Notes under the pieces: model-generated
What the model was told of the DNA's origin: nothing
Databases searched by the model: none
What the model saw: only the letters and a program-made list of their open reading frames with translations
Made by a program: the position numbers and the translations under genes
In this document: positions 10,229 through 22,786 of the stretch, one piece after another
How positions within the stretch are numbered: the stretch's first letter is position 1
How the letters are laid out: every line of letters begins with the position of its first letter
DNA from: Guillardia theta CCMP2712
Lineage: Eukaryota > Protista > Cryptophyta
Direction of reading: 5' to 3'
DNA: 64,000 nt
Assembly (NCBI RefSeq): GCF_000315625.1
Contig: NW_005434631.1
Coordinates: 310,001 to 374,000 of the forward strand

Positions 10229-13200
10229 TCACCTCCCGCTCTGTCCTATCCTGATTCCTTTCTCCTGCGTCAACCCATACGACATCTGCAGCTCAGTCAG
10301 TCGCCTCGTCCTCACCACAAGCGGGTCATCACGAAGGAGAAGAAGTCTTGCGAGCTTGGACTGTCGAATGGTTGGTCATGAAGGATGACCTGCAAGCCTT
10401 TTGTCACACATCTTCCCCTCTTTCGCCTTCGCTTCCTCTCCCCCTCCTACCCGCCCACCGCCTCCTCCTCGTCCTCCTCCTCATCTCCCTCTCCCTGGCC
10501 ATCTCCCTCCCCCTTCCCCTCTCTTCATGCAACTTGCTTATCTTAACATTCACCCTCTCCTTCATCATCCTCCCCTCATTCCTATTCTCCTCCGTCTCCA
10601 CGTTACCAGGCGCGGATCGCGGGGAGCAAGGTCATCGGTGAGCATAAGCTCTCCTCGGCTGATCCTCTGCAGCTCTTGCTCGCTGCCATGACGTCACAAG
10701 CAGTCGGGAAGGGTAAAAAGTCACCGGCCGTTCCAGTACATCTGCCAGTCTTTCTCGACATGCAGCCTTCCAGCGGGTTAGCGAATCTTGCTGCCTCCCT
10801 TCCCACTCATGCTCCTTGTCTGCAGTCTAGACTCCATCCCTCCTCCCTCCTCCCTCCTCCCTCCTCCCTCCACCACACATCATACCCAGAGCGCTGGGCG
10901 ACTCGCAACATGACATCTTCGAACTGCAAAGTCGCATGAGGAGGTGATTGCGAGGAGTTTAGATCACTTTGTCGTTCTTGAAGACAGGAACGAGACAAGG
11001 GTCTCCGGTCGGTTTGATCATACTCGCCTGTTATCAACGCTAAGCGCATGGCGAAAACGGAAGGAAGGAATGGAGGAGGAAGGAAATCGCAGAGCGAACT
11101 ACAAGGAAGGAGGAAAAAGATAAAAGGGCAAGCAGACGGCAGAGCAGGATAAGGGGAGCAAGAGGAGGTGGGACGAGGTAGAGGGCAACTCACAGTCTGT
11201 ACGTGATGAAACACTGGAACGTTGAGGACATCAGGATTGGCGTCGTACCACTCGAGACGAAGAAGGTAAGTAGAGTTGATGGAAGACAGCTGCAGGAGCA
11301 AGTTAGGGGCGCAAAATGAAATAGAGAAACAGGAGGAGAGAAGAGGAGCTGAGCAAGAAGAAGATGAAGGGAATGGCGTTGTTTTCACCATCGTTTTCTC
11401 GCCGAACACGTTGACTATTTCTGAGCACAAATGAGAATCAGCCAACCAGAGGGAGGAGATAGAAGGAAGGCGGGGAGGACGGAGGGAGGGAAGAAGTGAG
11501 CGAGACGGCGAAAGTTTGAGTTTCTCACAGTGACGTAAAGAGAGGGCTGAGGAGGAGGGCAGGGGAGAAGGAGGAGGGATAGGAGGGAGTTACCATGATC
11601 CTTCAGCTGCGTTAGACAGAGTCTGAGCTCTGGCTTGTAGTTCAAATCTCTACTAGCTGACTCCCTTCCCGATCCTCGAGGAAAAATCCCACCGAGAAAG
11701 TCCTGCAGAAGCTCAGCCCCTCAGGTACTCACTGTACTTCCTCCGCCCTTACCCCCCTCGCATCCTCCTCCTCCTCCTCCTCCTCCTCCTCCTCCTCCTC
11801 CTCCTCCTCCTCCTCCTCCCCGTCTCTTCTTACCCGCACTGGCGGAGGTTCGAGAGGACACTCCATCGACTTGCACTTGGACTGAACCTGCCATGCGCGT
11901 ATGAACTCCTCGATCCTCACCTCCGTTCAAGTCTGAACCCCAATCCAGCTCAAAACCTTCCTCCCCTTCCCTCCCTCCCTCCCTCCCCTCCCTCTCTCAC
12001 TCCCTCGACTCCTTCCCTGCCTCCCTCCCTCCCTCCGCACTCTTTCCTCACCAGCTCTATGAATTTCCCGACTGTGCATTCCTCGATATTGGCGACCGGC
12101 ACCTGCTCCCCCTCAGCTCTCATCGCGACTTCCTCCCCCTACCTGCACGAGAGCTCCGCGCAGGCTCCCGCTCCTCCTCTCGCTCTTGGATCGGCTGGTG
12201 CCATTCTCCTCCTGCGATCGAGACTTGCCATCCCTCTGCCCGGCAACCCCATAGCCATCGGGCAGGAGCACCTGTAGAGTCCTGTGAGCCTCCCAGGAAC
12301 GAGAAGGCAGACAAGCAAAGGAGGCAGGGAGAGAGCAGGAAGAGAGCAGGAAGCAGTAGAAAGGAGATATGAAGGAGAGTGGAGGAAGAAGCAGGAGAAA
12401 GAAGCACGAGGGAGGAAGCAGGGAGGAGGAAGGAAGGGAGGAAGAAGGGAGGGAGGAAGAAGGAAGGGAGGAGGAAGGGAGGGAGGAGGAAGGGAGGGAG
12501 GAGGAAGGGGGGGAGGGAGGATCATCTGATCAGACCGGGACTGAGGAAGGGAGTGAGGTCATCTCGCTCTTGTTGGCCATGACATGCCGAGGGATCTGCT
12601 CGCGCAGTCAGCAGCATAACGGGCATAACGGACGAGCTTCCAGCCCTCACCTCCATCTTCTCCGTGTCCATGAGTGCTGGCAGGCAGGAGCTCTTGAGGT
12701 AGACCAGCATGTACGCGCTGCTCTGCTCGTCATCCCCGTCAAAACGCGCGAGTTCAGACCTGCGGGACCGCATGCTCGCCATGGGCCGCCCCATGGAGTA
12801 GACGGAAGGGGTGTCGCCTCCGAAGTTGGCAGACATGGCGTCGTCTTGCGAGACAGGGCGAACCTGTAGGAGGGAACTAACTCAGCTTTCCTCCTCTTCG
12901 TGCTTCTTCTTTCCCAACCTCCTCTTTCCTCCCTTTCTCTTTCTCCCCCTCCTCCTTTTCTCGTCCTCCACCACCACCACTTCCCACTCTTGCTCCCGCT
13001 TGCCTGGTCATCGTCGAACTTATACCACTGCACTCCTCCCGCTTCTTTCCTCTCTCCTCCTTTTCTCCCCAGGTCCGGCCGGATGAAAGCGTAGTAGTGT
13101 CCTCCTTGCGAATAACCTGAAAGCTCGTCATACTTCATCGACTCCTTCCTATCGCTCCTTCCCAACCTCAATCCCCCTCACCACCGCCACCCCCAACTCT

Positions 13201-16200
13201 CCATGCCCTCCTTCTCGCTGAGCGCCATTCATCCTCCTCCTCCTCCTCCTCTCCGCTGTATCTCTTCCGCTTCACGCTCTTATTCTACCTGAGTGTACCA
13301 CGACCGAGTGCAGGATGTAGTTAGCCGGTCCCGTGGGATCGACTGGTTCAGATTTGTCCATGAATTCTGCAAGCAAATGAGAAATAAGAACAAGACAGTG
13401 GAGAGGAAGGAGGGCAAGAGTTGGAAGGGAAGGTGGGAGGGAAGAGGGGGGGCAGCTGAGACGGGAGGAGGAGGAGGAGGAGGAGGAGGAGGAGGAGGAG
13501 GAGGAGGAGGAGGAGGAGGAGGAGGAGAAGCGGGTACCTGTAAGATCGAGCTCCTCCGGGAATTCAAAGCGGCTGTTGATTTTCTCCGCGAAGCCTAAAG
13601 TGGGAGAGAACTGAACTCGCTGCAGGTTGACGATGAGAATGGGGGGAGCCCTGAAGGGCCTCGTCATGTCGATTGTATTCCTGCGAGTCGACATCGCTCC
13701 TCCTGCCTCGTTCCTCCTCACAATCTCTTCCTTGTCTTGCCTTTCTTCCTTGCGTCTCCCTCCTGCACTTCCCAACCCGATGATTCTCTCTGCCGGCTCT
13801 TTCGTCCGCCTGCATCCTTGCTCTGACTTGCCTCCTCTCTCACTTCTCCTGCCTTGATCCTCTCCCCTTGTACCATCACCATCTCTCCTTCCCAGTTTCT
13901 TGCTCACCGCTTGAACAGCAAACTTCGCTCGATCTGTTGTATTCCGTATCCAACATTCTCGCTCTTCTCCATCTCAGCGATTTTGGCTTCAAGCTCATTT
14001 GCCTGCACAAGATATCAGCAAAGAGAGCAGAAGAGAAGGTTGGGGACAAGGCTGTGGTGAAGGAAGAACAGACACGGAAAGGGGGGGGCGGGGGGGGGGG
14101 GGAATCCGAGGAGGAGGAGGAGGAGGAGGAGGAGAGATAGAAGAGATCTTGCCTTCTCCGCGTCTCCTTTTTTCTTGGCTTTCTCTAGCTCGCCCTTCAG
14201 CTCCTGATAATCGGCACTGGAAGCAAAGTGACCAATTTCACTGAAAATCAAAACCGATCTTATCTTCAATTCTCATCATTATCACCATTATCATCTCGTG
14301 AACACAGCAAGAACAGGAGAAGCAAATGAAACAGGAGGAGGAGGAGGAGGAGGAGGAGGAGGAGGAGGAGGAGGAGGAGGAACCTTGTGTTGTATCCATC
14401 GATGATCTCCTTGCCTGTCATGCTCTGTCCCATCAATCAGATCAGCTTCATCTCTTTGATGCTCCTCACCTTGAGCGCTTCTGAGATGTTGTGACACTCA
14501 CGAATGTGATGAATCATCAGCGGCTGACAAGATCATCGTCAACATCAGCGTCGGGTGTACAATCCTCCTCGTTGTGATCGCGATTGTCATCAGCAGGATT
14601 ATCTTTGTCAGCGCCGTAACCTCTGTCACCGACTCCTCCTTGTAGTTCTTCTGCCCCTGCTCCTGCTCATGCCCCTGCTCCTGCCCCTGCTCCTGCTCCT
14701 GCTCATCCTCCTCTGATCTTACTCCATCTCCTCCTCCTCCTCCCCTCCTCCTCCTCCTCCTCTTGATTGGCTTTATGGGATTGCGGGCTAAATGTCTTTG
14801 ATTTCATGTAAGTTAAACTCACTGTCCTACATGCACTTCTAATGGGTAAGCGTTGGTTGATTTAACCGCTGAATGAACTCCCCTTAGGTGAACCATGGAA
14901 AAAAACAACTATGACTTTTTGAAGGTCCTATGACCGGCAGCAACTGGAATCTGACCNNNNNNNNNNNNNNNNNNNNNNNNNNNNNNNNNNNNNNNNNNNN
15001 NNNNNNNNNNNNNNNNNNNNNNNNNNNNNNNNNNNNNNNNNNNNNNNNNNNNNNNNCCTCCTTCATACCTTGAGCAGGACCTGCAGCGCCGCCTCCGTGG
15101 CGTTGTTCGCTACCTCAGGGCTGATGCTCTGGCAGAGGAAAGGCTACTTGCGCCATGACCTGACTTGCCTCTCTGATGTTCTTCTTGTCGTTCGATGTAT
15201 CCGAACTGGACGCCTATCGCCAACGGTCAACAACAGCCTGTGGCAATTTTACAGGAGAGCTACTTGTTCCTCAAGGAATCGATCCTCAATGGGAAGGCGC
15301 AGGAAGTCCTCCTCCTCCTCCTCCTCCTCAGAAGCGGGAGGCCCCCCCCCCCTCCCCCCCCCAATTTGACTCCTCCTTCTCCTTCTCCATTACCCAGTGA
15401 GGCGGCTCGTCTCGAGTTTTCAACCATTTCGCTGAGTCCGGCGAGGGTTTGTGGATCCTGTCAACAAGCTCAGCCTCTACCACATGCATCATCTCCTTCA
15501 GCCTCTACCACATGCATCATCGCCCTCATCCTCTACCACATGCATCATCGCACGCACCTGTCGAAGTATCGATGCTCCAGCCCGCACAGCCTCGTGATCT
15601 CCCCCTAGAGAGACTTCACTTGGATACGCCCGTCGAGACACAGGGTGGGCGGTAGACATATGGGCAGAGACGGGAAGGAGGGGAAGGAGAAATCAACCTT
15701 GACCGGCGTGTTCTTCATGTTCTCCTCAATGGTTTCGAGGAAGATATTCACAAACTCTCCGACGTCCTGATACGAGCATTCAGACAGAGCCGACTCGCCA
15801 TAGAGCCGAACCTGCTGAGTGAGGGTGTCGCTAGAGTCCCATCCGAAGGAAGCGATCAGCTGCCGAGCAGGAGCCTAAAGTCACCCGAGCAGGCATCGGC
15901 AAGCGCACAACTCACCTCAGTTACCGACGACGGCTTCTCCTCCTTCGCATCTACTTCCATCTGGTAGAGCAAGCGTTGTAGGGCCAACATGACGCCAGCC
16001 TGCGGGGAGCGAGGGAGCAGGTGAGGAGCGAGGAAGCGCTCGAGGTGGAGCTGCTCTACCTTGTTCGTGGCTTCGGGACGATCGCTGGGAGAGGTTGGGA
16101 TCTGGAAGATCACTCTCCTGGACGTCGTGGAGATGTCAAACAGAGCAATTTTTGACCTCAGCATCGAAGGCAACCTGATCGCTGGTAGGTGGAAAATGAT

Positions 16201-17467
16201 TTGGAGGACAGAGTTGAGGTAGCAGGTAGCACCCTCGTTGCGGAGCCCAGCGTAAGGGGTGTGCTGAAACCGTTGTCATGGTCACGATCAGCATCAGCAG
16301 AACAGAATCGTCAACGTGTATGCAACAGTTTTTGCACAATCATCACCACTGCTCACAACATCACTGCAATTGCAATGCGCTAAAACTCAGCATGAGGAAG
16401 TCGCATGCAGCAGTCTGAGAGGTGTCACAGAGCACTGAGAACCTCGGATTTGATGAGAGACTGCTTGGAAAACATCCCTTCAAACGCTCTCGACACGGTC
16501 TCCTCGGACGAGGACGGGGGGTGCTCTTTCCGCGCACGAACGCACTCCTTCAGCACCATCATCCAGGGATGAGATCGAGAATCATCCGCACCTTCTGCAG
16601 CCTTATCGCTTCTTGATTCTTGCCGTTCAGACTCAGCACCTGCGCACATCAGCTCGGAGGGAGTAGGGGTAGAGGGAGGAGGCGGACACACCGCCTTGAT
16701 GTCCTTTTGCGCCTCATCGAAGTTGCCCAGTTCCTTCAACGAGGATCCTCGCCTACAGGCACGAGCATCTCAGCATCGGCATCAAGGGCGGCGAGCATAA
16801 CCTGAACAGAGCCTTTTCGTTCTGTGGGTCGAGCTCCAATACTTCCCCACACGCCCTCACCGCATCCTGTTCCCGCTCACATGCGTCCCTCACCCGGGAA
16901 CCGCATCCCCTACCTGATACTTCCCGAGTCGGTGGTAGACCAGGGCCAAGTTCGTCAAGCTCCGCAACTCGAAGTCAGCAGAGGCTTCAGACCTCCCCAG
17001 CAATCACCTTTGCACAGCAATGGTCCTTATTTCGGCCTCATGCTCCTCGTCCACCTCGACGGCGTTGAGGAGTCTGAAAGAGCAATCAGTTGAAAGCAAG
17101 AACGTCTTCGTCACAGAGATATATTGCAAAAGGGGTTATGAGTCAGCAGCAAGATTCAACATGATGTTTGAGGTGCAAACAAATCGAAAATTTCGTTGAA
17201 TCTCACTTGTAAGCTTTGATATAGGCCTCTGCTGCCTCCTCGAACTTCTCAGCCTTGAAAAACGCGTTCCCCTTGTCCTTTTGAGCACTGCCAATCAAAG
17301 AAGTCATCAGCAAGACGTGGAAATATTTAGCATGGATGGTTGTAAATCCCTACCTCGCCAGGACAATGCGCTTTTCTAGCCTCGAGGCCTGATGGCCTGA
17401 AACGTCTATCGGCCGGAGTTACTTGTGCATCACGAACATCTCAGATATGCCAAGAACCTTCCGGCAT
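10229..17467 (-). CDS. USP7/UBP12-like ubiquitin-specific protease with an N-terminal TPR region; many exons, spans a scaffold gap
   Basis: TPR QKDKGNAFFKAEKFEEAAEAY (~17290-17210). Cys box YAGLRNEGATCYLNSVLQIIFHLP (~16255-16185). LIASFGWD...QQDVGEF. PPILIVNLQR, KINSRFEFPEELDL. His box YILHSVVVHSG/GGHYYAFIRP, WYKFDDD, SAYMLVY. Putative last exon ends QEKGIRIGQSGR*. Confidence 0.85.
14957..15056. other. Scaffold gap (100 N)
   Basis: Run of exactly 100 N; true size unknown. Confidence 0.99.
15472..15551. repeat. Intronic minisatellite, 3 copies of CCTCTACCACATGCATCATC with short linkers
   Basis: Directly visible tandem units of ~28 nt inside a USP intron. Confidence 0.85.
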
Positions 17468-18193
17468 TTGACGGTTTGTAGCAGCCTTCAAAAGCGTTGT
17501 TTGGCCATTTTTTTCCCTGCGTTTCGCTGAAAAGTAGTAAACTTAGGAACAACTCAGCATCGACGGAAGTGAGTGAGCCAACGGGATGGCGGTATAAGAT
17601 TATCTCTGACTCGAGGCCTGGTTGGTTGCATGCACATCATTGTAAGCTAGACAACCGTACGTTGAGGACTACCAGTGTTACCATCGGGACATCGGGCATT
17701 GAAGCAACCGTTGTATCTACTTCGCTTCCATACAATCTGCCCGCTCAACTTTTGATTCCTTCATCTCTCGTTGATTTTTCCGTCATTTTCTTAATCTCTC
17801 TTCCTTCTCTAAGGATCGTCAGTCCATTCTCTCCCTCCCTCCTCCTCCTCTCTGCTTCTCTTTGCGTCCTCAGCACCGCCATGCTTCCAGCGTTCCATGG
17901 TACTTGCGGGTACTACCTACCCCTCGCCATAAATCACCCTACCCCACCCTCATTTTCCCATGAATCCGTCTAGACATCTACCCCAATACAACAACAAGTA
18001 CCCGTGTCAAACACCTCGAACGCGTCCTGCATAGCTCGATGAATGAAGGCATAGTAAACGATTTCTGCCTTCGTCCTTTAGGGTGAGGCGAGCTTGAATA
18101 AACTAGGCTGGGAGCGCATGAGTAAATTTTGATATCTTCTTTTTAAATTCTTTTTTTAAAAATCGGTCTGCTCATTACTCCATTATTCAATAG

Positions 18194-19620
18194 GTGTTTC
18201 AGTGGCCACAGAACCAGGCACAGGAGGGTTCATCTGTCCTGCAACCTGCCCCTGGCACCCCTCCATCTGACCTTCAGTTCGCCTACTTCAAACGTCAGTT
18301 GCCTTATAGTGCTGGAGGAGATGGGTTCACCCCGCAGGAGGGCGTGGCCTACACCGCATTCTGGTCGGCGACTGCCAAGTTTCTCAAATGGGCGGGTGAA
18401 ATTGCCATCTTCCAGCATTGGACTTTCCCTACACCGCCACTCTTCCACCGGATCATTTCTGACACTGAGCTTCGAATCCGCCAACCGCAGCAAGCGGACG
18501 CTGGGGATGTTGTCCCCATGCTTGCTGCCTTCTTGGACACTCACAGGCACTTGATGGAGCAGGGCATCTCGGCGTACACCTCCTTGGCGGAGCTTCCTCA
18601 GGCGTGCGACAATGGCTGGATCCCCTCGCCTGAATTATTTGGGACGTCGGGCAGTGCGCTTTTCATCCCCGCCCAGCGGGAGCTCACGGCTCAGTTCCTC
18701 TCGGAGTTTCCCCGGTTCCGCAGTATTCGGGCTCACCTTTCAGAGCGCCAGAGATCTTTGTTGGCACACCACTCCAGCTTCTCTACTCCCCTTCGAGTAC
18801 CAGGCCACCCGGTTGATGAACTTCTGTCTCAGTTTACCCCTCAGCGCACGATTTGGCACTCGACTATGGAAAGTACAAACCTTGGGATCTTTGAGCAGCA
18901 GCCCATCAGCTTGGTGGCTGCCGCTGACAAGTTTCTTCATGGATTGCCGGTTGACCTCCCGCCGCACTGCGATCGATGCCATCATCTTCTTCGTCATCCT
19001 GGGGGGACCACACACATGGCAACCTGCAGGCACCGCAGCCAGTTATGGACTGATGCGCATGAGAAGTGCAATGCCGTCCTCAGTACCCTCATCAAAGATT
19101 CCGGAGTGAGATGCCGCGTCCACGTGCAAGGCGTACCCGGCACCAGGCAGAACGTTTCCCAACATGGCCCTGAAGATCATCATGTAGGGGACTTTGAACT
19201 TCCACAACTGATGGCTACTGGCGGCGGATGGCATGGGTTAATCCTGGACTTCAGCATGTCACATGTTTTTGACAATGATGGAATACCGGACCTTGCTCGG
19301 AGCAAACTGCAAGCGGCAGCACAGCGGAAGATCCGAGGGCATCGTAATGCATATGCTCAGCACGTCCCGCCAAAGGCCTTTCTTCCCATCATCGCCAGCA
19401 CTGATGGCCTCTTGCAGGACGATGCGTTGCGCTTTCTGTGGTGGCTGGCGGATCGCTCGGCGAACAAGGAAACGGCAGCGCTGGATGGTCTCTCGGCCTC
19501 GCAAGACGTCTCAGGTGATCCGACTTGCAAACGCATTCGGTCCAGGATCTTCCGTCAGCTCAAGGCCTCCCTGTCCTACGCTGCCATCATCGCGGGTGCA
19601 TCCCGGTTTAGGACGTTGCT
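18194..19620 (+). mobile_element. 5'-truncated non-LTR retrotransposon fragment with C-terminal restriction-like endonuclease (CRE-like)
   Basis: Post-RT thumb motif QLPYSAGGDG; CCHC knuckle CDRC-x11-H-MAT-C; AHEK (RH-like position); GDFEL...LILDFSMSH (PD..D-like); RKIRGHRNAY; FLPIIASTDG. Intronless in an intron-rich genome. RT core absent. Confidence 0.78.
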
Positions 19621-19682
19621 AGTCACTCTTTTCCTATTCCCCTGCTCCTCCTCGCCCCCTCCCCGATCTCCTCCTCCTCCTC

Positions 19683-19782
19683 NNNNNNNNNNNNNNNNNN
19701 NNNNNNNNNNNNNNNNNNNNNNNNNNNNNNNNNNNNNNNNNNNNNNNNNNNNNNNNNNNNNNNNNNNNNNNNNNNNNNNNNN
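19683..19782. other. Scaffold gap (100 N) within a (CCT)n tract
   Basis: Run of exactly 100 N flanked by CCT repeats. Confidence 0.99.
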
Positions 19783-20097
19783 CCTCCTCCTCCTCCTCCT
19801 CCTCCTCCCTCCTCCTCCTCCTCCTCCTCCCTCCTCCTCCTCCTCCTCCTCCTCCTTCCCCTGATCTCTTGCTATCCCCCCCCTCTCCACCTGATCTCCT
19901 CCTACTCCCCTTTCACCCACCCCTCCCTCCCTCACTTCCTCGCTCCATCCTCCTATCACTCTCCTGCTCCCTTCTTCCCTTTCTTTCTGTATTCTTGCTC
20001 TTCCTTGGCCCTAGCCCCAGCCTCTATTCTTATCCATTGAGAGATGCCCCCTTGCTCATAATTTTCTCGTGGATATCCTTCGAAGAGTCAAACATAC

Positions 20098-21902
20098 ATG
20101 AAATCAGAAAGCTTGCCGTCATGTAACTCCTTCTTCTATGGATTCTGGCTTGTAGCTGCCACATCAGTCGTAATCTCATCGCTCTTCATGCTCGGAAGAG
20201 CATCCTGCGGCATGGCGGGCCTGGATGAAGTTGACCTCACTCCACTTCTATTGTCAAACAGCACAATGCTCACTGGTAGCCCGTTGACGGAGGACATCAT
20301 TAGGCTGATAAAGCCTGAGGACGTGGATAAAGTCTCGTTGGACCCGAATCGCAGCAGCAGCGCGCTGCTTGCTTCTGCACTCTTCTGGACTCGGAAGCGA
20401 GAAAGAAGATCAAGGAGCAGCTGTACAGAGCCTTTGCTGAAGTGCAGAGGATCAAACGACCGATGAGGAACAAAGATCTCTCCTTCAACAACTCTCTCAA
20501 GTCTCTCTTGAGGCTCAAGGGTCTTGCTAGCAAAGCGTTCCAATCTTGCGGTGATTCAGGATGGATTCCAATGGTATCCCAGCAAGCCTCGTTTGAAAGC
20601 GGTCTCAGGCTTGATGGGATCAAGCAAGAGCATAACATCTCTGAAAAATTCAAAATTCAGATGTGTTATGACAAGGGGCGGATGAGTGGGAAGATCCTTG
20701 TAGAGAAGAGGTTCGATTGTAACGAGGCCATGGAATTCTCTGGTGACCCTCAATATGTGAAGATGGTAAGGAATCAATCAGGACCTGACGAGTTTTCATT
20801 CAACCTCCAAGGACCCGAGCTACATAGTTTGGTGTACAACATGAGGTACTTGGGGCAGTGCAGATATGAGTTACCTTTTAAAGTTACCACACCGGGCAAG
20901 TATTTCGTCAACTTGGTCTGGTGGAGAGAGAATTATAACGGAGCTACGGAGCTCTCGAACGGCTGGCTTCCTGCTCACTTTGACCTGCCGCTGGGATTGG
21001 ACGTTTTCATCCATTTGGGTGAGCCAGGAGACGATATGAAAGAAACGAGGGAAGCTTTGCAGAGGAATCGGAATGCCTCCGATCTGCCCCTTTGTGACAT
21101 GCGAGACAAAAATTATACCTACATGGACGGCCGATGGCTGTATATGTATGATGACGTCGAAAATATCTTCTACTCTCCAGCACCGCAGCAGGTGAGACTG
21201 ATTAGTGGAGGTGCGAGTATGTATACATGGGTCAATCTGGAGAAGTATTACTGGTACCCGTCTCGCTGCAAGCTCCGCCATTTCGAGGGCAAGCAAGCAC
21301 TGAATTGCATAGCATCGAAGACTATTAGAATGCAAGGGGATTCTCACCTCAGAACCATCGCCAATGCCCTAAGTGACTTGGCTTGCGGTGTGCGGTCAGG
21401 AGGCTTCGATAGCGGCTGCGCCTCAGCTTGCAAACAGGCTGATTTGAGTCGAAATTGCTATCGAAAGGATGGGTTGGGTCATGCTCCAGACTTCTTTGCG
21501 GACCAAGGTGCCGCGCTAAATGTGATCAACCTCGGCCAGCATTTTTGCGATGGAGAGCGCAAGATGAAATTTGCACAATACAAACAGAGCATTGACGCTG
21601 GTGTGGACAAGATGTCGAAACTTTCACCAGATGCTCGGAGGACGATGATTTGGCACGAAACCAATGCAGTCATGTTCAGAAAAGATTCTTGGATCGTGGG
21701 GTACGGCGATCAAAGGACGAATATCCGCATCGCGATGTACAACAGGTACGCAACAGCGAAAATGAAAGAACTTGGGATCACCGTCCTGCCGACTTTTTCT
21801 GCAAGCCTTGCGCTTGCACAGAATCCTGATGAAGCTCATTATCCATTGAAGTATCTGCAGCATAGCTCTGTGCAGTACCTGCTCAACTTTTTTTGCCAAT
21901 AA
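20098..21902 (+). CDS. Membrane-anchored PC-esterase/SGNH-type (NXPE/TBL-like) O-acetyltransferase/esterase
   Basis: N-terminal signal anchor FFYGFWLVAATSVVISSLFML; one short intron around 20320-20405 changes frame; Ig/filamin-like GPDEF...YELPFKVTTPGKYFVNL; YYWYPSRC; KTIRMQGDSHLR (GDS); C-terminal DEAHY (DxxH). Confidence 0.72.
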
Positions 21903-22786
21903 ATTGAATCGTGTGAAAGACACTAGCTCCCAGGCACTTTAACCTGTTGACCGTCGGACACTTAGGAGGCCCTCCAACTTATCACCGTACCAGCCGCGCA
22001 AGGTACACTAGTGCCCCCGGCACAGGCCGCGGCTGCACTGGGCCCGGTCACCGACCGTCAGCGGCCGGGCCGGCCCTGCCCATTCGTACCGTAGTAACGA
22101 TGGCATTCATGATGACTCAAGCAGCCCACCGTCGGCCGGCCACGGTACGGCGACCAACCGTTGAACTGCTGTCAATGATTGATGCCGTAGCTTCAGAATG
22201 AGATGATTCCGGAACGCACCCGCGATGATGGCAGCGAAGGACAGGGAGGCCTCAGCCTGTCGGAAAGTCACCGTCAAGCCACCGGCGGCGGGGCCCGCTG
22301 CCGCGCCGCGCGGCCGCTGCCGGCGCGCCCGGCCCGCACTGCGCGGCAATCATGAAATGACATTAACTGTCATAACGGTATTCCAATTCAACAATAACGG
22401 TCGTAACCGTTGATCTCCGGCCTCCAGGTGTTCCTCGAAAAAGAAAAAGCAACCAAGATGGAGGATGAATCAATACGTAGGGGTACATTTATGTGGTATA
22501 ATAGGGGTGAGGGTGATGCTTGGCTTTGTCTTTTTTTTCTTCTCGAATGATTTGGCGCCATGCAGGCGACGGGGTGCATGGCACGGAGGAGAGGAGTGGA
22601 GAGGGAGGTGTGGAGAGGAGAGAGCAGAAGGTAGTTCCCCAAGAGGGAAGGAACATGAGCAGAAAGAAAATGACAGATACGAATCTTACTTGACGTTACA
22701 AAGATCGCTGAATGGTCTCTGGCAAGTTTTCGAATCCCATGTAGGCGGTGAGGATCGTCAGTTGAGCAAGGAGCAGGAAGATGCAG

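Noticed and set aside
11580-11660. GTTCAAATC T-loop-like word suggesting a tRNA
   Set aside because: No cloverleaf or acceptor stem; the segment is a minus-strand USP exon.
18075-18135. Single TTTAGGG and an Sm-site-like AATTTTG upstream of the retroelement as a telomere or SL-RNA target
   Set aside because: Single short matches are expected by chance; no tandem telomere repeats or recognisable snRNA/SL structure.
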